A stretch of DNA of 64,000 bases from Candidatus Marinacidobacterales bacterium (GCA_965224085.1 CBDCYI010000004.1:1760001-1824000); one strand, 5' to 3'; positions 43,729 to 53,929 are shown, numbered from the stretch's first letter. Notes: a model not told the origin generated them from the sequence alone. Made by a program: numbers and translations.

Positions 43729-45453
43729 TTGGAGCAGTCCCCGCCAATAGCCACCGAAAACGTGCTGACAGACGAATCCGTTTCAGAAACCGGTGAGAGC
43801 ACTCGGGCCGAGCAGGTTCGCGAGCTTTTGCGCTTGCTCGTGAAAGCCCAGAAAGCGCAGCGCTTGTATGAAGGGAAGAATGCGGTCTCGGAACGACTCG
43901 AAAAAGGTTTCTACGATCGACTGACGGACTTCCTCGAAACCGACGGAGAGATTCAACTCGCGGTGCACGAGTTCGAGCTCAAATATGAGCACGAAATCGT
44001 CTACGATAGCCACGACCGAAAAAACAGCCTGGCTTTTCTTCTCTATCGCGACGGCCTGAGGCGGCTGTCTCTCCACCCGGGAGTCGAGCGTTGTGAGCTC
44101 GAAGCTTTCCTCACCTGCCTCAATAGTGTCGCGCTGCACGGGAACGACCAGGACGACCTCGTTACGCTCCTGTGGGAACAAGACTTTCACAGCATTCGCT
44201 ATTTTGCGGTCGAGGAGCTCGCCACCACTGCTGACTTCCCTCGCTTGGACGAGCAGTTGGCTTCGGGTGAGCTGTCTTGCGACGGCGACGGCACAGCCCA
44301 GGCCGTGAGTTTGGACCTCGAACAGCCCGTAAGCTCCGTCCCGGTCGAAACGTGCCGTCTCGACGAAGGAGAGATCGAAGAGCTACAAGCGGCGCGCGCG
44401 CGCGAAGCCGCCATCCCGTTCGAGACTCTCGTCACGGAGCTCGCAATCGAGCTGACGCTACTCGAAGAGAACGAGACGGAGAGGGACGAGCTCATCGCGA
44501 GCCTGGTCGGAATCAGCGATAGGCTCATTTCGGAGGGCGCGCTTCGGGAGCTCGCCGCCATGGTCGAGCATATGGACGGCCTTGCGACGATGCTCAAAGA
44601 CGAGCCGGATGTCGCACGGCTTTTTTCGACGCTTTTGAATCGTCTCCGGGAGCCGGAGCGGCTCGCGCGCTTTCTCGCGAAAGTCGACGAGCACCATGCA
44701 CCCAGGCCCGACGTGCTAACAGCCTACCTCGCGCGCTTCGGGAGCCTCGCGGCCGAAGCGCTTTTGCCTTGGATGGGACGGCTCTCGTCATCCGCTTATC
44801 GACGCGCTGTGACGACCGCCGTTCTCGCGACGGAGGACGGAGGCCTTTCGGCACTGTTCACGAGTTTTCCTGTCGGTAGCCAGAGCGAAGGTGTCGAGCA
44901 TCGTCAATATTTACGAGAGTTTCTCCATGCCCTCTCGCATCACCCGGGCGAGCGCGCGCTTCCCGTGTTGACGCGAGTACTGGACACGCAGGACGTGGAG
45001 ACGCGTCGAGAGAGCTTCGTCGCCATCTCACGTTATCCGGATCCCGAAGTGGACGACCTGTCGCTCGAGCGGCTGGGAGACCCGGACCCGGAGATCCGCG
45101 CCACGGCACTCGACACCCTCGTGCGACGTGGAAGTCAAGAGCTCGGCGAGAAGATACTCGAACGCTCTCTAACTGCAAGCGATTTCGACTCCCGCAGCCT
45201 GAACGAGAAGCGCCGCCTCTTTGCAGCTGTCGCGAAACTTTGCGGTGAATCGGTGCTCGATCTCCTCAACCAACAACTGATGGGGAAGGAAATCCGCTGG
45301 TTCACGTCGAAAAAAGAAAAAGAATTTGCCGAAGCCGTGGCCCACGGGATGCGCGTCGTCGGCACGCCGAAAGCGAAGGAGTTTCTGCAGCACGGCTCCA
45401 ACGACGGCGCCCGCTTCGTGCGTGCCGCTTGCGCCAAAGAGCTCGATCTCTGA
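43729..45453 (+). CDS. HEAT-repeat protein associated with HD-GYP
   Basis: LAFLLYRDGLRRL, DDLVTLLWE, C-terminal HEAT repeats (L.DPDPEIRATAL..L). Confidence 0.7.
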   Translation: MEQSPPIATENVLTDESVSETGESTRAEQVRELLRLLVKAQKAQRLYEGKNAVSERLEKGFYDRLTDFLETDGEIQLAVHEFELKYEHEIVYDSHDRKNSLAFLLYRDGLRRLSLHPGVERCELEAFLTCLNSVALHGNDQDDLVTLLWEQDFHSIRYFAVEELATTADFPRLDEQLASGELSCDGDGTAQAVSLDLEQPVSSVPVETCRLDEGEIEELQAARAREAAIPFETLVTELAIELTLLEENETERDELIASLVGISDRLISEGALRELAAMVEHMDGLATMLKDEPDVARLFSTLLNRLREPERLARFLAKVDEHHAPRPDVLTAYLARFGSLAAEALLPWMGRLSSSAYRRAVTTAVLATEDGGLSALFTSFPVGSQSEGVEHRQYLREFLHALSHHPGERALPVLTRVLDTQDVETRRESFVAISRYPDPEVDDLSLERLGDPDPEIRATALDTLVRRGSQELGEKILERSLTASDFDSRSLNEKRRLFAAVAKLCGESVLDLLNQQLMGKEIRWFTSKKEKEFAEAVAHGMRVVGTPKAKEFLQHGSNDGARFVRAACAKELDL

Positions 45454-45460
45454 TATCGCC

Positions 45461-46915
45461 ATGGCTACCCTCGCAACTGCACCGCTCACATCCCCTGACG
45501 TCGTCGAGAGCCAGTTTCTCGACGGCGCCAGAGACGCGTTGCAGCAGATCGCGGTCTTGCTTCGAAACTCCTACTTGCATGATCTCGGCAACGAGGTTTT
45601 CGAGGAGCCGCTCGAAAAGCTCCACGAGACTCTCGGCCGGCTGCTCAAAAACGAAGGACAGTTTCAGCTCGAGCTCTCCGAAGAAGAGGTCTTCGCGAAC
45701 GGCGTGCGCGTGCGGATGGAGATCAAGACACTTCACGCGTATAAATACGTTATCGGCGAGCTCCGCAAGCGCGACATCGGCGGCATCTCGTTCTCGCGAC
45801 CGTCGGTAGAGAGTCTCTCCAAGCTGCTCGAAGTGCTGGCGAAAGTTCGGGGTGCTTCGGAGGGGGGCATAGGGGCGCTCAACGCGATGTTGACTGAGCG
45901 AAAGGCTAGCGGGATCAAGCTGCTACCGGAGCGCGTTGAAGCTCCTGTCCCAGAGGACGACCCCCGTGCACCCGATCGCCGCGATCGCGCCATCAACGCT
46001 TACCAGCAGGCGCTCGATTTCATTCGCCAGTCCATGATGAGTCTCAGTTCGCCCGCACAAGTGAATCTCAGAAAGGCGAAGCGCACGGTACAAAAGCTCG
46101 TCGACTTGAGCTACGAGGAAGGCAACGGGTTCTCCCTGGCGGGCATGGCCTCCATCAAGGAGCACGACAACTATACCTTCAACCACATGGTCAACGTCTG
46201 CGTGCTCGCGATCGCCTTCGGACAGCGTCTCGGCCTGAGACGCCATGAGGTCGCCCAGCTCGGCTTGAGCGCGCTCTATCACGACATGGGGAAGCTCCAC
46301 ATTCCCGTGAAACTCTTGAACAAGCACACAGACCTCACTGAGAAGGAATGGGCGGTGATGGGCAATCACACCGTCTTCGCCGCTCGGACGCTGTTCCCTC
46401 TTATCGAGACCGACCGCAGCACGGTGCACCGCATCCTCACGGCGCTTCAACATCATCTTCGATATGACGGCAGCGGCTATCCCAAGCTTCGCCTTCGCAC
46501 CCAGCAGAGCCTTTATGCCCGTATCACGGCCATCGTCGATACTTTCGACGCGATGACGACGAAACGTCTCTACCAGCGCCAATTTCTTCCCGATGAAGCC
46601 ATAGCACTCTTGTACAAGCTCGCCGGCGGACGCTATGACCCCACACTCGTGAAGGCCTTCGTCAACTGCATGGGCATCTACCCCATCGGGTCGACTGTCT
46701 CGCTTTCCACCGGAGAGCTCGCTGTCGTGGTCGAGTCGAACCCGAACCCGGACGCTATCCACCAACCCAAAGTTCGCGTCGTCACGGACACTCACCAAGA
46801 CTTGGCGCCACCTTCTCTCGTCGATCTGACGCATCCCAGCCAGAGCGAGCGACGCATTCTGCGTTGCGTGAACCCAGAGAAATACGCCATCAACAGCGCT
46901 CATTATGTCTGCTAA
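45461..46915 (+). CDS. HD-GYP c-di-GMP phosphodiesterase
   Basis: YTFNHMVNV, HDMGK, HHLRYDGSGYP, DTFDAMTT.R.Y, GIYPIGS. Confidence 0.9.
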   Translation: MATLATAPLTSPDVVESQFLDGARDALQQIAVLLRNSYLHDLGNEVFEEPLEKLHETLGRLLKNEGQFQLELSEEEVFANGVRVRMEIKTLHAYKYVIGELRKRDIGGISFSRPSVESLSKLLEVLAKVRGASEGGIGALNAMLTERKASGIKLLPERVEAPVPEDDPRAPDRRDRAINAYQQALDFIRQSMMSLSSPAQVNLRKAKRTVQKLVDLSYEEGNGFSLAGMASIKEHDNYTFNHMVNVCVLAIAFGQRLGLRRHEVAQLGLSALYHDMGKLHIPVKLLNKHTDLTEKEWAVMGNHTVFAARTLFPLIETDRSTVHRILTALQHHLRYDGSGYPKLRLRTQQSLYARITAIVDTFDAMTTKRLYQRQFLPDEAIALLYKLAGGRYDPTLVKAFVNCMGIYPIGSTVSLSTGELAVVVESNPNPDAIHQPKVRVVTDTHQDLAPPSLVDLTHPSQSERRILRCVNPEKYAINSAHYVC

Positions 46916-47984
46916 GAAAAAAGCATCGAAACCACCGACCACCCCGAAGTTCGAAAGAGCCAAGCGCCCGATCGTCTGGATCGGCGGCTCGGGGCTTCCT
47001 GGAGGAGCCACGGGGAAAAAACTCATCGCCCTCGGACACCCTCTGCACTGGGAGCCCGGCTCGTTGAAGGCCGCGGGCTCCGTCGCGACTCTTCAGCCCG
47101 TCATCGTCGTTGTCGAGTCGGAGCGCATGTCCGAGACGCTTCAGGCGCTCCTGGTCACGCTGACCGAGTTGAAATCCACCATCGACGTGGTCGTGTTCCA
47201 GCTTCGCCAGCGGGAACCGCGGCAGATAGCGGACGGGGTCGATGGGCTCTTGCTGTACGGCCCGTCGCTCGTACAACAAATCAAGACGGTCCTCGCAACG
47301 ATGGCCGGCAGTAGGGCATTCAAAGCGACGGGGCTGCGGGCTCAGAAACGCCTGAAGAAAGTACGAAGCGAGCTCGACCGGCTGCGCACGTTAGCTGTGA
47401 AGGATGACCTCACCTGCATCTACAATCTCCGCTTCTTCAACCGCTCGCTGGAGAACGAGCACCAGCGCGCCTTGCGCTTCGGTCGCTGCTATTCACTCAT
47501 TTTTCTCGATCTCGACGGCCTCCGCGAAGTCAATAGCCGCAAGGGCCACCTCGTTGGCGGGCAAGTCCTGAAGCAAGTGGCCGCGTTCGTGATGGACCGC
47601 GTCCGGCGCATCGACCTGCCCGCGCGCATCGGCGGAGACGAGTTCGTCGTTATTTGCCCAGAGACGGCGAAGCCTGCTGCCCGCCTCGTCGCCGAAAGGA
47701 TACGCAGCGGCATCGAAAGCCTGCAAGACGGTAAGGGGAAGCCTCTCGACATTACTGCGAGTATCGGCGTCGCCTGCTTTCCCGAGGACGGCCGCCTACC
47801 CGAGGAAGTGTTGCAGCGCGCCGACCGCGCTCTCTACGAAGCCAAATCCCAAGGCAAGAATCGCGTCTGCAGCTGGGGAGAGTTCGCGGCCGACGGGGAC
47901 GACATGAGCTTCGTAGGGTCGGTCCACAATACTATCGACACTCCAATCATCGAAAAGCCCGACGGGAGCGAAACGATCAACTAG
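46905..47984 (+). CDS. Diguanylate cyclase (GGDEF)
   Basis: DDLT..YN.R, DLDGLREVN..GHLVG, RRID I-site five residues before GGDEF, ADRALYEAK. Confidence 0.92.
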   Translation: MSAKKKASKPPTTPKFERAKRPIVWIGGSGLPGGATGKKLIALGHPLHWEPGSLKAAGSVATLQPVIVVVESERMSETLQALLVTLTELKSTIDVVVFQLRQREPRQIADGVDGLLLYGPSLVQQIKTVLATMAGSRAFKATGLRAQKRLKKVRSELDRLRTLAVKDDLTCIYNLRFFNRSLENEHQRALRFGRCYSLIFLDLDGLREVNSRKGHLVGGQVLKQVAAFVMDRVRRIDLPARIGGDEFVVICPETAKPAARLVAERIRSGIESLQDGKGKPLDITASIGVACFPEDGRLPEEVLQRADRALYEAKSQGKNRVCSWGEFAADGDDMSFVGSVHNTIDTPIIEKPDGSETIN

Positions 47985-48103
47985 CAGCCTGTGACAGTGC
48001 CGAGATCTATGTAACGAATCACTGATACAAGTCGGGAGCGAAACGATCAACTAGCAGCCTGTGACAGTGCCGAGATCTATGTAACGAATCACTGATACAA
48101 GTC
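47964..48103 (+). repeat. 70-bp tandem duplication spanning the GGDEF stop codon
   Basis: GGGAGCGAAACGATCAACTAGCAGCC...ACTGATACAAGTC occurs at 47964-48033 and 48034-48103. Confidence 0.9.
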
Positions 48104-48121
48104 ACCAACATTCAGAGCTTA

Positions 48122-49481
48122 GGTTCTGTTACATAATAATATTTACAAATACGAGTTCGGTAAGAATTAATACCCTCAATCAAGCACGTCGGGGATGGAG
48201 AGTGTAATTCCAGTTGCCGTGGAAGGGGTGGATTTTGAGTCGAAGCTCCTGCATTTCTTCGTTACTGACCTTCTGGCCTGTCTCGTAGGAGTTCTTGTCC
48301 AGCATGGCCTTTACCTTCAAGCCGGTTCGGGTCTTGGTGTTGCCGATAAGATTGACGACCGCCTCGTAGCTCACGAGAGGCCGTCCTTTCCAGTTCATGC
48401 TGACAAAGGAGAATAGTCGATGTTCGATTTTGTTCCATTTACTGGTTCCCGGTGGATAGTGGCATACGGTGATGGGAATCTTCAGTTGGTCCGATAGCTT
48501 TTGGAGGTGGAGCTTCCAGCCTCGCAGCCGGTTTCCGTTGCTTCCACCGGCGTCCGCGCAAACAAGCAGACGTTTCGCCATCGGATAAGACTTTTTTCCG
48601 AGTATGCGCCACCATCTCCGGATGCTTTCTACCTCGAATTCCGCAGTCTCGTGAGTAATGCCGACGTTGACCAGCGCTTCGTCGCGGGACACATCGTAAG
48701 TCCCATAGGGAATTGCTTTGCCCTCAGCCATACTGGGGAAGTCGTGTACAAGAACCGGCTCACCTCCGCCCTTCTTCTTCCTCCACGTTTTACCCCTGTT
48801 TTCAAAGGCTCCTATCAATTCCTTCTTCTTGGTATCGACGCTCACGACCGGATCCTTGCTTCGCATGAACTTGCTTACTTGCTTGTTGATGTAACGAAAC
48901 TGTTTGTCCCGATCCGGGTGCTGATCCCCTTCCAGTCTCTTCACGTTAGCTTGCAGCGAGTAACCCATTTCTCCTAGGCGTCGAGCAACTGTCACGTGCG
49001 AGACATCGTGACCTTTGCGTTCAAGCTCCTCCGCCATCGCTCTCGTGGACTTGTTCGTCCATTTGAGATGCTTCATCGGGTCGCCGGCGGTTCTTTCGTC
49101 GAGGATCTTCTTCAGCTGCCGCTCGATTCTCGGGTCTAACTCCTCGACCCGCTTTCTCCCCCCGCCAGGCTTGCGCACTCGGGCGCTGTCGTCATCAACT
49201 ATCGGCGCTTTCGCTTTGAGTTCCGCCACGCCCTTCATGATGGTCGGCCGCGACATCCCCGTAAGTCGTGACAGCCGACTGACCCCGCCGCGTCCTTCTT
49301 CAAGCGCCCGTTGAGCCACAAAAACACGCGCTTGCGCTTCGTTCAACGTCCCCAGCACCCTCAACCAGTGACGCTCAGACTCTGGTACCTTTCGATCTGT
49401 TGCCATCCTCGTATAGTCTCGCAACCAGCAGAGGATAGCAGCAATGACAGTGTATTGTAAATATTAATATGTAACATGCCC
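48122..49481 (-). mobile_element. ISAzo13-family insertion sequence, apparently complete
   Basis: Imperfect terminal IRs GGTTCTGTTACATAATAATATTTACAA and GGGCATGTTACATATTAATATTTACAA (reverse complement), with TTA flanking both ends as a 3-bp target duplication. Confidence 0.88.
48180..49406 (-). CDS. ISAzo13-family DDE transposase
   Basis: GGGRK, LKWTNKS, GYSLQAN, VSVDTKKKELIG, ADAGGSN, PPGTSKWNKIEHRLF. Confidence 0.93.
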   Translation of the reverse strand: MATDRKVPESERHWLRVLGTLNEAQARVFVAQRALEEGRGGVSRLSRLTGMSRPTIMKGVAELKAKAPIVDDDSARVRKPGGGRKRVEELDPRIERQLKKILDERTAGDPMKHLKWTNKSTRAMAEELERKGHDVSHVTVARRLGEMGYSLQANVKRLEGDQHPDRDKQFRYINKQVSKFMRSKDPVVSVDTKKKELIGAFENRGKTWRKKKGGGEPVLVHDFPSMAEGKAIPYGTYDVSRDEALVNVGITHETAEFEVESIRRWWRILGKKSYPMAKRLLVCADAGGSNGNRLRGWKLHLQKLSDQLKIPITVCHYPPGTSKWNKIEHRLFSFVSMNWKGRPLVSYEAVVNLIGNTKTRTGLKVKAMLDKNSYETGQKVSNEEMQELRLKIHPFHGNWNYTLHPRRA

Positions 49482-49515
49482 TTAGCTGGATGCTGGGGGT
49501 TGTTCCTGCTACCTT

Positions 49516-50751
49516 ATGCGCGTGAATACGCGCCGGATAGGACTGTCTCTGGGGGCCGACCTCTGCTGGCCTACCTGCTACGAAGAAATCCTCAGCCGCT
49601 TTAATCCAAGATTCGAGATCCGTGGGGAGACCATTGGCTTCGACGTCACGCGGCTCGATATCGAGCCTTTCGACCTTCGAAGACCCTGTCCCTATGACGT
49701 AGTTCTAGACCGCGTGACCCATTGGTACCACACGAGCCGCGAGTGGATCAAGAAATCCATCCTCATGGACGGTCTCTATGTGCTGAACAACCCCTGGTCG
49801 ATCCAGTCGATGGAAAAGCAGACGACCTATTGCGCGATGATGCATCTCGGCCTTCCCGTCCCAGAGACGTGGATGTTGCCTCCCAAGGAGTACGAGCCCA
49901 CGCCGGATCTCGAGTCGACGCTCGAGCGCTACGCGAAGCTATTCGATCTCGGTGAAGTGGGGACCCAAGTCGGCTACCCGCACTTTATGAAGCCGTATGA
50001 TGGCGGCGCCTGGGTCGCGGTGACCCGGATTGCGAACGAAGAAGCGCTACGAGAAGCCTACGAGAAGAGCGGACGGCGTGTGATGCATCTGCAACGAGCC
50101 ATCGAGCCCTTCGACCTGTTCGTTCGATGTCTCGGCATCGGGCCCGAGCTACGCTTCATCCGATACGACCCCGACGCGCCGCTCCATGCACGCTACCGCA
50201 CGGATCGTGACTTCCTGACGAAGGAGGAAGAGGGCCTTGTGCGCGACATGACGCTCATGATCAACGCCTATTTCGGATGGGACTTCAACTCATGTGAAGT
50301 CATCCGTAAAGACGGCGTCTTCTACCCCATCGATTTCGCCAACGCTTGCCCAGACGCCCAGGTAACATCGCTCCACTATCACTTCCCCTGGCTCGTCAAA
50401 ACAATGCTTCAGTGGTCACTCTACTGCGCAGCGACAAAACGCAAGATGCGTACAAATATGGACTGGAACCTCTACGAGGAGATCCGAAATAAAAAAGGCG
50501 GCTACCGCGAACGCCTCGCCGCATACGGCGCCGTAGCTAGAGACCGATTCGAAACGGAGGCCTTCGACACCTTCCGCGAGCAACACTTGAAGCCCCTCGA
50601 CGAGATCACGTGGGACTATTTCGGCACCCCCCGCGCAAAAGAGATAATCCGAGCAAAAGTCGCGACCCTCTTCCCTAAGCACGAGCACGACGAGTTCACC
50701 GACCTGTTCTGGACCCAAATCCAGGAATGGCGCGACAACGAAAATCCGTAA
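49516..50751 (+). CDS. ATP-grasp (RimK/GshB-like) protein
   Basis: DRVTHW, NNPW, FMKPYDGGAW, FNSCE, IDFANACPD. Confidence 0.72.
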   Translation: MRVNTRRIGLSLGADLCWPTCYEEILSRFNPRFEIRGETIGFDVTRLDIEPFDLRRPCPYDVVLDRVTHWYHTSREWIKKSILMDGLYVLNNPWSIQSMEKQTTYCAMMHLGLPVPETWMLPPKEYEPTPDLESTLERYAKLFDLGEVGTQVGYPHFMKPYDGGAWVAVTRIANEEALREAYEKSGRRVMHLQRAIEPFDLFVRCLGIGPELRFIRYDPDAPLHARYRTDRDFLTKEEEGLVRDMTLMINAYFGWDFNSCEVIRKDGVFYPIDFANACPDAQVTSLHYHFPWLVKTMLQWSLYCAATKRKMRTNMDWNLYEEIRNKKGGYRERLAAYGAVARDRFETEAFDTFREQHLKPLDEITWDYFGTPRAKEIIRAKVATLFPKHEHDEFTDLFWTQIQEWRDNENP

Positions 50752-50752
50752 G

Positions 50753-50920
50753 AGCGATCAATATTCAAAAAAGCGTAACGCAAAGGCGCAAAGTCGCCAG
50801 GGCGCGAAGGGAAAAAACGAGGAGCGTGAGAGCTTCTGCTCTTCTTGCGTTTGTTTGCGTTTGTTTGCGTCTTTGCGGCTTGGCGCCTCGGCGTTAGGCT
50901 TTTTTGGAATATTGATCGCT
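50753..50920. repeat. Large imperfect palindromic (REP/MITE-like) element between convergent genes; probable bidirectional terminator
   Basis: Left arm AGCGATCAATATTCAAAAAAGCGTAACGCAAAGGCGC pairs with right arm GCGCCTCGGCGTTAGGCTTTTTTGGAATATTGATCGCT. Confidence 0.75.
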
Positions 50921-50928
50921 TTTTCGTT

Positions 50929-52515
50929 TTATTTGCGGATGGTTGGATAGGTTATTCCTAGTTGTTCCAGGTATGTGTCGTATTTGGATTCGTCGTAGTA
51001 GAACGGACGCATTTGTTCGCGGAAAGTGTCCATTTTTTCTTTGTTTAGATGGATGGCGGGGGGGTCGCTGGCGGTGATGAACGGAGTGTATTGGTGATCG
51101 CTTGTTTGTTCGTCTTTGAAGTATTTCCAAGCTTGGTTGACTAGCTCTGGGTTCATGAATAGCTCGAGGGCGGTCATTGCCATCACTTTGGCGCCGGCGG
51201 TGGCGCCTTTGTGGGCGATGGGGGTGGCCATGGCGACGGCGTTGGCCCAATGATGGCCGGGGCCGCCGGGGACGTTGGACGGGAAGCGCATGGTTACGGT
51301 GGGAACGGTCCACGAGATATCACCAATATCGTCGGACCCCCCGCCGAGCCGGGGCTCTTCTACTGGCCCGCGTAGCTCACCGAGCTCCGTTTTGAGTCCT
51401 TCCTCCTCGACGCCCAGCTCAGCCTGCAGACCTTTGGCAAGAGCCACATCCGCGTCGCTCCACTCCGGGAGGCCGACCTTCTCGATGTTCTTCCACATGG
51501 TTTCGGCGACGACTTTGTTGAAGTGACGGGGATAAGCGTGTCCGAGAATGCGCCAGCTGACTTCGGTATCCGTCATCTGCGCAGCGGCTTGGGCCACGGT
51601 GTTCCCGATATCGAAGAGACTCTCCAGATGCTCATGGTCGAGCTCTCGGAAGTAGTACCACACCGATGCTACGGATGGTACGACGTTCGGCTGATCTCCA
51701 CCATTCGTGATGACGTAATGCGTCCGCTGCGGAAGGCGCAGGTGTTCGCGGCGGAAGTTAATGGCCGTATTCATGAGCTCCACGGCATCGAGCGCGCTGC
51801 GGCCGCGCCATGGGGCACCCGCGGAATGCGCGGATTCGCCGAGAAAGGTGTACTCGACCGAGATGAGCCCGTTGCCGCGTCCCTGGCCCCAGCTGACGGT
51901 GAAATCGTTCGAGACATGCGTGAACATGCAGATGTCGACGTCCTTGAAGTTCCCGTCGCGAACGAACCATGCCTTGGTTGCCACGAGCTCTTCGGCCACA
52001 CCCGGCCAAAGTTTCAGCGTGCCTTTTATGCCCTCGCGCTCCATGATGCGCTTGACGACGAGCGCGGCCGTCACGTTCACAGCCTGGCCCGAGTTGTGAC
52101 CTTCGCCGTGGCCCGGTGCGCCCTCGACGAGCGGGTCATGATAGGAAACGCCCGGCTTTTGCGAAGCTTTTGGGATACCGTCAATGTCGCTCCCGAAGGC
52201 GATGACGGGCTTTCCTGAACCCCAGGTGGCCATCCATGCCGTAGGGATGCCTGCGATGCCTTCTTCGAGTTCGAAGCCGTGCTCGCGGAGCACGGCGACA
52301 AGGTAGCGCGACGTCTCAAATTCCTGAAAGCCGAGCTCCCCAAAGCTGAAAATCTTGTCCACCATCACTTGGGTGAGCTTGGCCATCTCACCTACTTGTG
52401 CGCTGGCCGCCTCTTTCAGGTCATCGACTTCGTCGCTCGCGGCTGCGAAGGACGCGCCCATCAGAGCCAACGCGAGCATCCGTGAGATGAAACCGAGCGT
52501 ACGCTTTACCAACAT
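50929..52515 (-). CDS. M20 amidohydrolase (AbgB-like), secreted
   Basis: Signal peptide, ELGFQEFETS, GHGEGHN, AEE, SAHSAGAPW.GRSALDAVEL, GSDDIGDISW. Confidence 0.88.
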   Translation of the reverse strand: MLVKRTLGFISRMLALALMGASFAAASDEVDDLKEAASAQVGEMAKLTQVMVDKIFSFGELGFQEFETSRYLVAVLREHGFELEEGIAGIPTAWMATWGSGKPVIAFGSDIDGIPKASQKPGVSYHDPLVEGAPGHGEGHNSGQAVNVTAALVVKRIMEREGIKGTLKLWPGVAEELVATKAWFVRDGNFKDVDICMFTHVSNDFTVSWGQGRGNGLISVEYTFLGESAHSAGAPWRGRSALDAVELMNTAINFRREHLRLPQRTHYVITNGGDQPNVVPSVASVWYYFRELDHEHLESLFDIGNTVAQAAAQMTDTEVSWRILGHAYPRHFNKVVAETMWKNIEKVGLPEWSDADVALAKGLQAELGVEEEGLKTELGELRGPVEEPRLGGGSDDIGDISWTVPTVTMRFPSNVPGGPGHHWANAVAMATPIAHKGATAGAKVMAMTALELFMNPELVNQAWKYFKDEQTSDHQYTPFITASDPPAIHLNKEKMDTFREQMRPFYYDESKYDTYLEQLGITYPTIRK

Positions 52516-52589
52516 GAAGGCCTCCTTTGCCCCACCGCTCTGAGCGCTCTATTGTATGCGATTCGCCGGAAGAGACCGCGACGAGCGCG

Positions 52590-52860
52590 CTAAAGAGTCG
52601 AGGACAACTTGCAAGAAGGGGTGATGGCCAAGCGGCGCAGCGAGGGATGCCGTGTCAAAACGAGCGCGAGCTCCGTCATGATGTCATAGCTCCGACGGAG
52701 CTTTCGATGACGCGCTTCGTATTCTCGAAACCCGCCGCCGGAACTCAGCGAAGCAATCAAGTCGCGAGCGAAACGGAGGCCGAGCGCCACCCCTTCGCCG
52801 GTGAGCGCATCCAGCTAACCGGCAGCGTCGCCGACGAGGGCAACATTCCCGCGATGAACC
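52590..52860 (-). pseudogene. C-terminal fragment of an FAD-dependent oxidoreductase
   Basis: Hand translation: GNVALVGDAAG*LDALTGEGVALGL, with an in-frame stop. Confidence 0.65.
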
Positions 52861-52914
52861 AACCCGGAGAGCTTCAGCAGCGGAATGCTGATGACTGAAT
52901 GCTGAAAAATAAAG

Positions 52915-53235
52915 ATTGGGCGGGCCTATCTCCGAGCGTTCCGTCTCAGTCACTCTCGAAGAAAGACCCGCCCTTTCCATAATGCCATGGAATGAGTAGG
53001 TCGTATCCGGGCTAACTCGGCAGGGTATGTGCCGGGGGCTATTAACGTCGCTCCCTGTTGCACCCCCGGCACGATTTCACTGGAACGAGCTCGAGCGGAG
53101 TGGGTGCCGGCACGCCGCCCGAGCTCAGTTCCTGTGAATCCCTTGAAACTCCACCGTTTCCGATGTCCGCTGTCCCCCCAAAAACCCCAACCGCAAGTTC
53201 CGGTGCGGAACAACTTTCCACCAAATCGGAAGAGC
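52915..53235. other. Hairpin-rich non-coding region (candidate structured RNA)
   Basis: Consecutive stems at about 52918-52973, 53031-53072, 53077-53139 and 53158-53231; no credible ORF. Confidence 0.35.
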
Positions 53236-53467
53236 TCCGAGCTGATAATTATTGAAGGTGCAACTGGTATGCCAAAACCCGAAAACCTCCTGAATTCGTG
53301 TATAACCCTATTGTGCAAAATAGGTTACGCGTTAGTAACGCCTAGAAAGGACTTTTCGAGACTGGCCCGAATAGGAACAACTCGCTGTTCCACACCACGT
53401 ATGTGAAACAGGATTTGCTCGGGTCTCGGATCCGTACTAGCATCGTCTCAGGGAGGACATTTTCATC

Positions 53468-53929
53468 GTGCGGATTCGAACACATTTGGTTCTTCTCGCA
53501 AGCATCGCAGTGGCTATCCTCTGGGGATGCAATTCGAACAGCCAGGGAACACTCCCCGATGCTGACTTTTTCGCGAGCGACGGTCAGGGTTTCTCCATGC
53601 GCGTCGGAGAAACTGCGGGCGTTCAAACGGTCAGCGCCATCAACGTCATCCGCTTCAGCGGCGTCCTCAACGACAGCCGGTGCCCCGAAAGCGTGCAATG
53701 CGTAGACGCGGGCTTCGCGACGATCGTGCTCGCGGTGCAATCCGCCCTCGCCGTCACTGAAGTACAGATTCAAGTCCCCCCAAGTGGTGAGGCGCAGATG
53801 GTGGTCGAAGAGCTCACCATCGACGTGATCGAGCTACGTCCCGCAGCCCAAGAAGGCGTCGAGATCAATTTACTCGACTACGCAGTGGCGTTGAGGGTAC
53901 GGCAGACTAGCGACCTCGGCGTTACGTAA
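53468..53929 (+). CDS. Hypothetical lipoprotein (DSRCP-motif family)
   Basis: Lipobox LWGC and NDSRCPESVQCVDAG motif. Confidence 0.7.
   Translation: MRIRTHLVLLASIAVAILWGCNSNSQGTLPDADFFASDGQGFSMRVGETAGVQTVSAINVIRFSGVLNDSRCPESVQCVDAGFATIVLAVQSALAVTEVQIQVPPSGEAQMVVEELTIDVIELRPAAQEGVEINLLDYAVALRVRQTSDLGVT

Noticed and set aside
47964-48103. CRISPR array
   Set aside because: Two adjacent identical units with no spacers and no cas genes.
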